Shown here: piece by piece, positions 39,520 through 51,847 of the stretch | How positions within the stretch are numbered: the first letter of the stretch is position 1 | How the letters are laid out: each line of letters opens with the position of its first letter | NCBI GenBank assembly: GCA_032718475.1 | Contig: JAUCBJ010007179.1 | Coordinates: forward strand, 1-64,000 | Source: Nemertoderma westbladi | Taxonomy: Eukaryota > Animalia > Xenacoelomorpha | Length of the DNA stretch: 64,000 bases | Reading direction: 5' to 3' | Program-made: the position numbers and the translations under genes | The notes under the pieces: model-generated | What the model saw: the letters and a program-made list of their open reading frames with translations, nothing else | What the model was told of the DNA's origin: nothing | The model's database searches: none

Positions 39520-40550
39520 GCCTAATATTTAACCCACTACGACTCCGGCAATCATTCCACACTAATCTGGACAAAAATCTGACACATCGCTTGTTAGACG
39601 CTAACACCGTTGTCGAAAAGTTAACTAGTTGTTTCTTAATCATAAATTTATGATGCTCAAAGTTTACCAGTCCTTCAACAATGAACCGATGGGCATTATA
39701 TGGTAATGCCCATACAATTCTAATGTTGTTGTCCTCTGCACTATAAACTCGCTTACAACCTTCAGAATATATATCCCAAACCGGACAACCATAAAAATGT
39801 GTACAATATACACGTTGCAGATATGATAAAATATGTGGCGACGCAAAATTAAATTCCTGACGTAAATTTGATAATTTACAGTACCAATAAATGCACCTCT
39901 TTTCCTTTGAGTATCACGTAATAAATTGCATTTGTAACCGAGCAAAATACCTAAATGCATAGCCTCCTGAACCCACGTAGTGAAATGCCGTCTACAACAA
40001 TTTCAGCTCTAGGTGGGTTCCATACAAAATTAAACGGAATACACTTAGATTATTACACAACTTCGGGTTGCGCAATCAACACTTAATTTAAACTTAAATT
40101 CAGTAAAAAAATCTACACAGATATCGATCATATATTGTAAACCAAAAACTGATGGAAATAATAATAACACATCGTCTGCGTATGCTAGACAACCAAAATA
40201 TATATTACCAATAGAGCACCCTACACAAGATATACGTAATCGATTTATTAGAATATTTACAACTACACAAAATAATATTGGTGAGACCACCGACCCTTGC
40301 CTAACACCGTTCGATATTGAAAATGTATCTGAATTATTATTATTCCATCGCACATGACACGATTGATTAACATACTGTATATGTATAATAAGCACCGCAA
40401 AAAAAAACACAAAACCCTTTTTTAGTAGTTCTAAAAAACAATTTCTTCCAATTAACTAGGTCGAAGGCCTTTGTGAAATCCAACAAACAACCGAAAACAG
40501 GAGTGTTATTGCGTTTGTAGTAACCAATTACCTCAGTGGCCGTCCAAGTA
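39520..40550 (-). mobile_element. 5'-truncated LINE RT fragment (CR1/L2 group)
   Basis: CLLDFTKAFD, GVRQGSVVSPILF and LAYADD; interrupted near its 5' end by the BEL element. Confidence 0.85.
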
Positions 40551-42219
40551 CACTATTTGGAAGAGACGGTAACAATACCTGCAATATCCTACTGTAAAGT
40601 TTGTGAATCAAATCATAAATCCGACCTTCTCACCAAAACAGTAAACTCTAAGTAAGCAAATATATTGCAGTATTGATCTCTTATAACCGGTGAGGCAGAA
40701 AACAGTCTACGAGCAGACAAACTTCGATAAAACAAAATCCCGCGCAGCGAATCCTAAAATCAGGCTGACTCACTGACGGACTAAGGGGCTCGTATACTTT
40801 GCCGCGGTGTGATTTATATGGTTGGGCAAAGGGACGCTAGCTAGGTACAGGCAGAGATTTGGAGATATCTAACTAGCGGGCAAAGCACAGTACGGACAAA
40901 GTTAATTTTATATATTTTGAGGTGTAAATAATTTCTAACGCACGTGTGTTAATTTTGAACGGTCAAAAACAGTTTTGCTCCTTCACATATATAATTACTG
41001 GGTACGGTGTGCATTTTACGAATATTCTAATTTTGCAACTTGTAGGTCCAATACTCACGAATGATAAGGTTCCTTCCCCTCTTGCGTATTTCCAGGACTC
41101 AAATTCAGGCATAGGGTTAATGCTACGCCCAGAATTCGGCAATTTTAGGTACCAGGTCCCTGATACTAAGAAGAGATGTGTTAGTTTACTACTGTAGGCG
41201 TACAGTTACTAATAGCTATCCTGGCTCCTATCTAGAATTTTAGTCACCCAGGTAGTCCGGGTAACTTCCTATTAGGGCGTTGGCGGGGACACGATAGATG
41301 TTAGTATATCCCTAATAGCCTCGATTTATTTGCGCCTAGCTGTAAACTGCCCTACCGCCTGAACGGTACAATCCCAATTCAGGTGAAAACACAGCAACCC
41401 CCCTAGCCTACAAGTTCTAATGCAATGGACACTGTCGTACTACAAATAGTCGCACACACACCTGTACTTAGCAAGGGTTAGGCGTACAGTTTGCTGCACC
41501 CTACCAATTTGTATGCTTCGTACCGGTGTGCCTACGTCCTATCTGCGTACTAGTATCTGCCTGCTCTCCCCCTCCGTAGGAATGTGAAGGTCTACTGTGG
41601 TTTTTCCTGGATTAAGACAGTACAGTCCCTAAGATCTAATTTTAGGCTCACAGCGTGTCACTACTTCTACCTTTTGATCTTTTGGTCTTATACTTAGGTA
41701 GCAAGGCGTCGAACGCTGTCTAACCTTTCAGGCGATGGGCGAATAACTCAAGATGGTATTGCGGGTTGTCTCTTGTCTACATTCCCGTGATGTTCCCGTT
41801 CATTGCTGCGGCCCGATCTCTAGCCGGCCATCCTGTCCCTTAGGTTTGTTCACCGTAGTGAATCCATGGTGAAAAGAAAGGCAGATAGCAGTATTTCTGA
41901 ATTTATTGCAGATAATAATACAAAATGTAATCTGAATACTAATGACAGAATAAACAAAATCAGATAAATCAGAGATACGAATATAATAATGTGTAACTAA
42001 TGAACAAATCGCACCTTTATATACTAAATTTGTGCTGCAATCAATCGAGAAAATTCTCGATTGTTCTATAGGTTCTAACAAGGTTTTAAAGATAGCTATT
42101 GGTCCAGCTAATATATAACTTGCACGACATTGGTTACAATCAAATAACTACAGTCTCATTGGTACAGACAAATGCAATTAATTTGTAGCGGTCAATTTAA
42201 ATGAGTTGAAATTCTGCAC

Positions 42220-42308
42220 AAAAAATAATTCGCACTTACTAGGATTCGAACTCAATACCTACTACACATATAATTTCCAACGCTCTACCGACTGAGCTAC
42301 TGAACCAC
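42220..42308 (-). ncRNA. tRNA-derived Pol III unit inside the BEL element
   Basis: A box TAGCTCAGTCGGTAGAGC, B box GAGTTCGAATCC, then a T-run; acceptor and anticodon stems not canonical. Confidence 0.55.
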
Positions 42309-43281
42309 TTGACCAATAGGCGTACAATAGATATAACAAATACAAATGAGAACTCAAAGCAATCTTTACAAAGTTAATTCGAATAAAATAAAATTTTGAA
42401 AATCCACGGCATTTAGGGAATATAATTCTATACCGCTCCATGAAAACAGGATATTATCGTGCATAAAATATACGGTTTTCACCAATAATCAATCAAACTA
42501 TAGAATACTTAGGGCGTACTTACATATTTACAAATTAAATTTCAAATAATACTTCCTTTCTACGTAATGATTCGATACAAAATAATTACAAATTCAAACT
42601 TTACGTATTTAAGGCTTTACTAAGTAAGTACAATATAAATCTAAATTAAATTCACCAATATAAATCTATTGCATCTCAATATTGCATAAATTCAAACAAT
42701 TATAAATACAAATAAATGAAAACAATAAGAAAGGCTCGCGAGTCTTCCATCTACTATTGCATCTCAAATATTGCATAAATACAAAATAATTACAAATACT
42801 TTCGTGCCTAAATGTAGATTGCATAAGTTCGGAATAATTACAAATATGAGTCTTTCTAAGCACAAAACTTTCTGACTATAAAACTTTCTAAATACAAAAT
42901 ATAACACTTTACAAATGAAACTATAAGAAAGGCCCACGAGTCTTCCATCTACTCTTACTTTCTATTTCACTGTAAATACAAATACTACTTATAAGATATA
43001 AATTGCATAATATTCGGAACAATATAAATTGCATAAGTTCGGAATAATATAAATTGCATAAGTTCGGAATAATTACAAATATAAAATATAAATTCTTACA
43101 AATATAAGTCTTACTAAATATAAGTTTTACTAAATATGAGTTCTTATTTCTAAATTTCATAAATTCGGAACAATACAAATTGCATTAGTTCGGAAAAAAC
43201 ACGAATATAAATATAAATTCAAATAAATCACAATATCATAAGAAAGGCTCACGAGTCTTCCGTCCACCCTTGCCCTCCCTT

Positions 43282-45020
43282 TTATCGCTTAGTGGATCGA
43301 GCCCTGCCGCGTCCTCGAAAACTGCGCACAGGTGACTTTGCTCGCGATATGGGACTAATGGGGCGAGTCACTGGTTTCGTTTGGACGTTGAGAGACGGTG
43401 CGACTATTTCCTCGCAAATTCGTCTGTTTGGCATCCCAAAACCTCGACCGATTCCTCGTGACCGATCAGTTGTCACTACAGTTGGTAGAACGTCTGGGAA
43501 CGCGTGAGAAGCGGACGACGCAGACCCAAGAGTAGCTTGCGCCCCCTGTTGATCAGCTGGTGTATGTCCCGATCCTCCTACTGGTTCTCTTGGAAGCGAT
43601 ACCGTATCCCGAGTAACTCGAATGGTCGGCTCAACTCCCTTGCGTTCTTCTATATTAATAATTTTCCTTAATTGTTGGCCCACTTTCTGGACCCGTATGA
43701 TCCTACCCTGTCCGTCCTCCCGAGGGTGACGTGCAGACGGCGCAACCGGAGTGGCTGGTATATTTGTCGCCTCTAGGACCTCTTCTTCCTCGAATACGCT
43801 CGCTCGTATACGTTTGTGGTAAAACGCGGCTCGGTACGCCCATGCGACGGTTAACCAAGCTCCTTTATTCCATTTTTCAGTTCGGAAACGATCGAATTCA
43901 CCATACGTGATGCGATTAACAACTTTCTGAAAATTCCACGTGTTTTTGTTATCCGGGTGAATCTGTAGTAGATACTCGCGCACTACTCGGAATCCGCTGT
44001 CGTGGGGCAAAATATCGACTACCTCGATAAGTTCGTCATATTGGGGCATAGCGGAGATGTATCCTTCCGACATCATCGTTTGAGGATTTACCGCCCAAAA
44101 TCCAAGATGCGCTCTCATCGGAAACCGTCTTCTTTGTGCCGATACATGTTTGTCGGCTAAATCTTCCCACTCATCAAATAACTTCCTCACGAGTTTTACA
44201 GATTCGTGTTCATAAGGTATGTCTCTTAGTTGGCATTCAGATGCTCGATGTCCCTTTATATTGCAGTAAGTACATTGAGCCATAAATCTCCAGCAAGTAT
44301 AAAAGGTATGAGACCCTTGATCCCCACACCATCCACAGATTAGCTGAGTCGTAGTAATGTGCTTTCCACTGCACTTTGTCATATGATGTCCAGCGACGCC
44401 ACATTTACTACACATCGTATTGGCAGGGTACCACACTCGTTCGTATATAAGATCTCCAATCGGTCGAGCGCTTCCTCCCACACTATAATCGTAATCATCT
44501 GGGTCTATGGGTTGGTAGGTTTCTGAAGGTTGTATACAAACTATAGCATCTGTTGCTTCAAGTTGTCGAATCTCCGTCTGAGATTTCTTCGGGAGGTTCC
44601 TTTCTATCTCAAGAAGTTCCTCTAAAGGATCATCGGCGATCGTAGTAGTTACTTCGAAATCATCACCAAGGTGACCGATAAGCGCGCGCGTCTGCCGTGA
44701 TTCATCCGTAATTTCCACGATACGTTCTCCTTCATAGGGTAACAATGTAAACATAGATGGTCTTTCGATAAGAGATCCCGCACAGCGAAGATACACGTCT
44801 CGAAATATACTAAATCCTGCTCGAGTAAAGGCATTACACTGAGCGTCGGAGTTGTAGAAGGGTTGTCATATTTAGTCTTTGCGAGTTTCGCTGTACTTTC
44901 TGATAATTCCTTTATACCAAATATAGTGTAGTCCTTGGCTCCAAATCTTTCGAATGGCGCTGCTGCCTCCTCTTGGATATCATATCCCCATCTCGGCTCT
45001 CCTTGTATCCCTTTCTCCAT
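43282..45020 (-). CDS. Accessory ORF 3' of pol: triple CCHC zinc-knuckle protein with RG-rich tail (two overlapping frames)
   Basis: CSKCGVAGHHMTKC, CGWCGDQGSHTFYTC and CTYCNIKGHRASEC; C-terminal RGIGRGFG and RGRGRAR; the ATG frame at 45020 overlaps the 504-aa frame. Confidence 0.75.
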
Positions 45021-45691
45021 AATTAGAGGTGTAGTTACATAATCATTACTACTAGAGGGAATACAACAGAGTTTGTAGTTAGTTGTGAGGAGACGTGAGA
45101 GTTTCGTCTGCCCTTTGGGCTCGACAACGCTCTAACCTCCTACCCATAGCCTAAGATCTAGGGTTTCTTTAATGACACGCTGCTTCTTATCTAAAATTTT
45201 TTTTTTTTTTTGCCGAAATAAAAAACGAATTTGGGCTAAACTGGCTGTGAGTCTAAAATACTCACTTTTTGATCCCAAACTATTATCAGAAAATAAGCAA
45301 TCAAGAATTAGTAATAAATATAGTGGAGTCTATTTATTGACGTAACTTATTGAAACAAGACCGTGTAAAATTTAATTAAAATTTTTTAAGAAAGGCTCGC
45401 AAGTCTTCCTCTCTTGTTTCTCTAATTTTAAGTTCCACCCGACTGTACCCTGAAATCTATTCACTGGAGAAAATTTTAAAAATTTTCAAATCCAAATGGA
45501 TTGTCTAAATTTTCGAAAATGTCTCAATATTGTGAGTTCCAGTAGAATTCCATTTCTTATACCTACAAATCCCGCTCCTATGTGACACATAAGGGTACCA
45601 CCCTCAATGTTCACATATAAAGACAATGGAATTCTACCGCTGTCTTTACTACGGTGTACAGGTACGTGGAAATCTATTTGTAAACTCCTAA

Positions 45692-48600
45692 TTATTTACT
45701 AATATTAGGTGGAGATTTGTAGTCTCCAGACTCGTTACGAGTCTCTTCAAGAAGTACGAGACGTTGAGTCGGTCTGTCTACTGTACGACCGTCAATTGTC
45801 CGTACCGTCACAGTTCTTGTCACTCCATCCATAGATGGATGTGTGGCTAAAATTACACCTGTTATCCAGAAGCGTCTTTTTAGATTCACTTCCGCTAACA
45901 GCACGTGATCTCCCGGCTTTAATGCGCGGGTGTTATTGTACCAAGTTGTTCTGGCAGAAATAGAGGGCAAATAATGGTTTTGCCATATTTCCCAGAATTT
46001 GTTAGCTAGTAGTTGCGTGATTTTCCACGCTTTCCTACCGTAGCTGTCGCTTTCTATTGGAATAGAAATAGGTGTCAAAGTTGTCGGTGCCTGCATAAGC
46101 AGGTGTGCCGGTGTCAAAGCAAACTGAGATTGTTTGTCATCGGGTACTAATACTATTGGTCTAGTATTTAGTATTGCCTCGATTTCAACAAACAATGTTG
46201 TCAGTTGGTCGTCTGTCAATATGTGGTTTACTGGAATGACCTTTGCCATGGCTGTCTTTATAGATCTAATCAGTCTCTCCCAGACTCCGCCTCTCCAAGG
46301 ACTATCTGGAGGATTAAACTTCCAAACAATCTTGTGAGGTTGTAGTTCGTTCGAGATTTGATCATGATCTAATTTCTTAAAGGCTCTAGCAATCGCATTC
46401 CGAGCACCAACAAAGTTTGTCCCTTGGTCTGAGTACAAGCATTTTACTAGTCCGCGTCTAGCGATAAATCGCCGCAGTGCTAGTATAAACGCGTTGGTGG
46501 AAAGATCCATCACACGTTCAATATGAACTGCCCTACTGGACATACATGTGAAAATCAGTCCCCAGCGTTTTACTAGTATACGTCCACGTTTCGTATGTAT
46601 GGGACCAAAGCAATCAATTCCAGTCTCTGTAAAAGGTGGTCTGAATGCTTGAAGTCGTGCTTGTGGGAGTTCACTCATTTCTTGGGTACCTATTCTAGAG
46701 TGTACCTTTTTACAAATAATACACGTACGTGTCACTGAACTTAACGCTTTACTAGGTCTAATCAATACAAATCTTGTACGTAAGTAGGAAAGACAGTGGT
46801 GTCTTCCAGCGTGTTTCAGATGTAAATGTGCGTCCAGTATCATTGCACGTTGTAGTTCGTGATGTTGCGGTATTATTATTGGGTATCTAAAGTTTGTGTT
46901 GAAGTCAATGTTTTGAAGCCGAGATTTATGGCAAAGTAAGCCATTATAAATTATCGGACTCCAACTCAGTATTGGTGACGACTTGATTGGTTGACCTTGA
47001 TTTATCGATGTGAATTCGCGTGCGAAATATCGCAGTTGGTAATGGCGAATTAATTTAATTTCACACCTGTCAATCTCAGCCAATGTAAGTCGACGTGTAA
47101 AGTCTCGTTTGCCTTTAACGTATTGTACAAAACGTACAATCCACGCTAACTTTCGGCAAGCGTTTGACCAAGAGTCTGTTAAGTTTACAATCCGGTCGAC
47201 GTGAGTATTTGTGACGTCATCAGGTAAGTCAATGGAGATTTTGGAAGGTTTTGAATTACTAGAAGGGCCCACGGGTCCGCCGGTAAGTATTCCCTTGTTG
47301 ACTGTTGATCCGTCCGGGTCTACAAGTAATTTATCCTTTTTCGTCTTCTTACCTTGATTGTCAGTACTTTGTAAGTCGATCGTTAGTGGTGGTTTGAACT
47401 CTATGGGGTCAGTGGGTTTCGGTAAACTTAATTTTCTGGCGATATTAATCCCAGGTCTCACCATAGGTTGCAAGTTTGGTATGTCTCTTGAGCGCAGAGT
47501 AACACCTGTATTTACATTAGCGTAGGTACTACCCACATCTGTAATACATGAGGTTTCACCGTGCTTATGGTTGCTCAAGTGTGTCAAAATTGGTAGTTTG
47601 TCAATACAAGGCCGCTCCAATAGGGAAACTGCGGCTTTACTGTTAGTCAATACATTACTAATGTCCGGTAGAACATTTTGTGATGTTTCTGACAAAATGT
47701 CTAGTCGACTGTCTAGTAATGTGTCTGGCGATACGTCTGGTAACGTATCTGGTTGTTTGTCAATAGAAGGCCGCTCCAACAGAGAAACTGCGGCTTTACT
47801 GTTTGTCAATGCGTTACTAATGTCTGGTAGAATGTCTGATTGACCGTCTAGTAACGTGTCTGGTTGACCGTCTGGCGATATGTCTGGTGTAGAAAGGCTC
47901 GCAAGTCTTCCTCTCTTGACCTTTGAAGTTATATCTTTCCATTTCGCCTTCGGTTTTTTCTTGAGTTTTGCCGCCGTCGTCCTTTTCTTTGCCTTCCCCT
48001 TTTTTGGTTTCTTGATTTCGGCGTCCTTAGGGATGGTGTTAGACTTGTTGTCGTATAACGGTGGCCAATCTTGCGTCGATTTCTGCAAGAATTGGGGTCC
48101 GTGTTGCCAAAATTCTTTGTTCTCCGGTTTACAGAATTCCTCAGGCATCATTCCTCGCGACGCAATATCAGCTGGGTTTTGTGGTCCGGGACAATGTCGC
48201 CAATCCTCTTTTGTTGAACGGTCTAGAATTTCTGCGCGACGGTTAGCTACGAATGTCTTGAATTCAAGTGTGTCGTTGTTTATGTAAAATAAAACCAACG
48301 TCGCGTCAGTCCAATAAAATATCTGTAAACTTGACTGTAGTTCTGTCTGTATAAGGTTCACGATGGTGGTTGACAGGGTTGCGGCTTGTAGCTCAGCTCA
48401 TGGTGTCGTCATATACTTAGTAGGCATTGTTTTTGCCTTAGAAGTAATGAGCGAAACATCGAAGTCTTCTGAGTCTACTTGTCTGCGCAAGTACGCTGCT
48501 ACACCAAAACCGTTGTCACTGGCGTCAGAAAAACAGTGTAATTCCAAGTTGTCAGGAAATGTAGTTTGTAATGGAAAGTAGACTCTGGGTATGGAATAAT

Positions 48601-51600
48601 CCTCTAGCGAAGATAATTCCGCCTCCCAGGTCTTCCATAAGTCCACTTGGTCTGATGAGATCGGCTCGTCCCATGTCAGTCCATCCTTCCAAATACTGCG
48701 CATATAAATGCGGGCTTGCAGTATTACTGGACTGATGAATCCTAATGGATCGAACAATCGGCTCAATTTTGACAAGCATGATCTCTTTGTCAGTGTGTTC
48801 TCTTGACTGTCCAGTCTCACCTTCACTCGGAAGTTGTCCCAAAAGAGCCCCAACACCTTGGTCGTCGGTAGTGGTTCGAACTCTAGGTCTATGTCACCAC
48901 CTCCACGCTCAGTCGTTCCGAATGAGTCTACTAATTCGGCACTGTTTGAGGCGAATTTGGTGAGGTTGAAACCTCCGCCCGCTAAGCAGTCCCGTAATTG
49001 ATGTGCTACTGTTGTAGCACGTTCTACTGTGTCGCAACTCTGTAATCCGTCGTCGACGTAGAAGTCACGTTCCACAATCCTAATTATCTCTGGGTCATAT
49101 AGGTGTTTCTGATCTCTAGCGGCTTGTTTTAGGGCGTACATCGTGCAGTTTGGGCTGTCTCTGGCACCGAAAACGCGAACTTGCATTTGGTAAGTCGCCG
49201 GTGGTAGACTTAAGTCTCCTTCCGGGTACCAGAGGAACCGCAAACTGTCTCTGTCTCGCTCTAACGCTCTCACTTGGTGAAACATCGCTTCAACGTCGCA
49301 AGTAAAAGCTACTTGACGCTGACGGAAGCGCATAATCACCCCCATAAGATAATTATTCATGTTTGGTCCATCCATCAACTCGCTATTGAGGGACATTCCC
49401 TCAAACAGAGCCGCACAGTCATTGACTACACGTACCTTGTCTGGTTTGTTGGGGTGTCTCACGTAGTGATGTGGCAAGTAGTATGTCTGGTCGGTCACTC
49501 GCTCCGGGTTAGTCATTCGGATAGCGTATCCCTTTGTCAAATACGTCTCCATCTGAGTGTTATACTGCAGATGGGCTTTCTCGTCTTTTAATAGACGTTG
49601 TCGGATTGAGTGTAGACGTCTTAACGCTAGTGGGTAGTTGTTTATAAGTTTAGGACTTTGGCTACGCCATAACATCCCCACCTCGTAATGTCCGTCCTCC
49701 GTCTGGCGGATAGTATCTTCCATGATCTTCAGAGATTGTTTCTCCTGTTCTGACATACAAGGTTCGTAGCTACCAGGTTCAGCTGTATCTTGTTCTAACC
49801 ACCTGATAGTCTTCTCCGTTAATTCTTTGTCCAGTGCAGCTTGTTCCATTTGATGATTTCTCAACGCGTCATCATCGATATCGACGTGCATTGTTGATGT
49901 CGTTGGGGTAGGTAGACTCGCAAGCCTTCCGGCGTTATCATCTGTCGTCGATGGAATCTCTAGCTGACTCGTCTTCTCCCCAAGTTCTAAACTCCGCTGG
50001 TGGATTAGGTGCTCCTTGTGACTTATCATACTAGTCACACGTTTGTCACGTTTTGTCGACTGTAGTGTAGTATGGTTCACGTCGTGTGAGAAGGAATGAA
50101 TTGAATTTGTAGTTAATAAACTACATGTACTTTGTACATCGTCTTCCTCGTCACTTACGTCTAGTGTGCGCACAGGCGCTCGAGTATACCAGCCTATCGG
50201 CGTTCTGCAGGCGTATGCGTTTCCCGCTACAACTGCCGATGGTCTGGTTTCCCACACCTGATGTAGGTTGAATTGGTCTGTCCCGATCAGCATGGCTACC
50301 GATCTATAATTGACAGGACATTCGGGTACACCAAGGTGTCTGAAATACTTACGGTCCTCTAGAGATTGTTCCGGCACTGGACCTAGTAGGTTACTAAAGT
50401 CCTTCGTGGCCGCAAAGGTTAGATCTTTAAAGGGTAACAAAGACCTCTCCCTCTCGCTGTGTTGCGATTTCGGAAGAAGAGAGTCTAAGTTTAACTTGAC
50501 TCGTGTCACTGGTATTGCACGCTGTCCGTGCATACTACTTACGGTATAACTGACGCGCTTACCTTGTTTAAGATCCGTCACTACGTCAGCTATCTTCTCA
50601 TCCACGTAGCTATGAGATGAGGCTGAATCTAGAATCGCGTAGATTCTCTTGCTCCCCTTTGTGCCAGTAATCTTAATCGGAATTACACTGAATCCCTTCA
50701 GTTGGTCAGTAGTCAGAAGCGCGATCGATGGCTGTTCGTCTCCATTGGAATATTCGTCGTCGTCTTCTAACTCTTCGTCCGACGATCCGGATTGTTCTGA
50801 GAAGCAATCCTCAATATGGGTCATGAAGGTTGGAGTCGTTTTTGATTCTCGTTTCCTGTAGGCCGCATCACATCTCGCTGCTGCTTCCGGGTGTTCCCTG
50901 GCGAAGCGTTTTGTCGGCGTGTGGCTGTCTGTATGGAGCAGACCGTCGTGGTTGCGTCCACAGGATGGACAAGTGTCGGTATTTGGGCAATCTTTACGGA
51001 CGTGTCCGTGTCGCTTACACCGCCAACAAGAGTCCAGTGGCCGTATCTGCAGCCGTCGTTCTTCCGAGTTCAACTCGCGAAACTGTCGACAACCCCTCAA
51101 CTTGTGACCGATATACCGCTTGCCTAGATGCTCGCAGTATTGGCAGCCGCTGAAGTCGGTACTGAGTTGTTGTCTCGTCTGTTTTATCCCAATGGGCGCA
51201 GATACCCTACTACCGTCCGAGAATTGTCGTGATTCCGTCGGTGTGGTGTAAGTGGCCGTCTTAGTGGATGTTGTCTGGGGTTTTTGTCGGTTTGAAGAGG
51301 GCAAGGTGATTCCTTCTGCCACGATGTGCTGGTCAGTGTAGTTGGATCGAGTTTCTACTACTGCCTCCCTGGATATTAAAAGGTACACGTCCTCCAGTTT
51401 TAAGAATCCACCCCGCTCTTCTCGCTGGTATTCGATCTTTCTCCACTCTCGACGAAGTCGATGGTGGAGTCGTCCTATGATCTTTAATAGGACTGTAGGG
51501 GTATTCCCGTAGTCAAGTTGTCCAATGGATCTTAAAGTAGTGATAGCGTTCCTTATCTCGTCAGCCAGTTTTAATAAGTCGACGGGTTTAGTGATAGCCC

Positions 51601-51847
51601 CTCCCTTACAGAGTTCCTCTATTACTGACCTGGCCATACTGACTGTACCTCCGTATATCGAAGTTAAACGATCGTACGCTAGTTCGAAGGCGTCCGGTAC
51701 TCCCGTTGGATGTACTGGTGACGCACACGGTGTAGGTTCGGTAGGCTCGCGAGTCTTCCCCTGTTGTTCTTCCGCTGCTGACTTATCTCCGTCACATGAG
51801 TCATAGTCGGTAGGTGTATTCTTCGTATAGTCTTGTTTGTCACTCAT
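45692..51847 (-). pseudogene. BEL/Pao gag-pol polyprotein with one in-frame stop at 48398-48400
   Basis: Three gag Cys/His knuckles, protease ILDSAS, RT FYVDD, RNase H FSDAS/WTD, integrase HHCC, IDCFGP, SDQGTNF and WERLI; TTP-TGA-AELQAA at the conserved P-R-x-EL motif with the downstream ORF in the same frame. Confidence 0.95.

Noticed and set aside
40545-40560. Tyrosine-recombinase (DIRS-like) integration suggested by ACT at the junctions
   Set aside because: The element encodes a standard DDE integrase with direct LTRs and a PPT; a short TSD explains the junctions.
42220-42308. Functional tRNA gene or element-encoded primer tRNA
   Set aside because: No canonical cloverleaf, and its 3' end is not complementary to the PBS.
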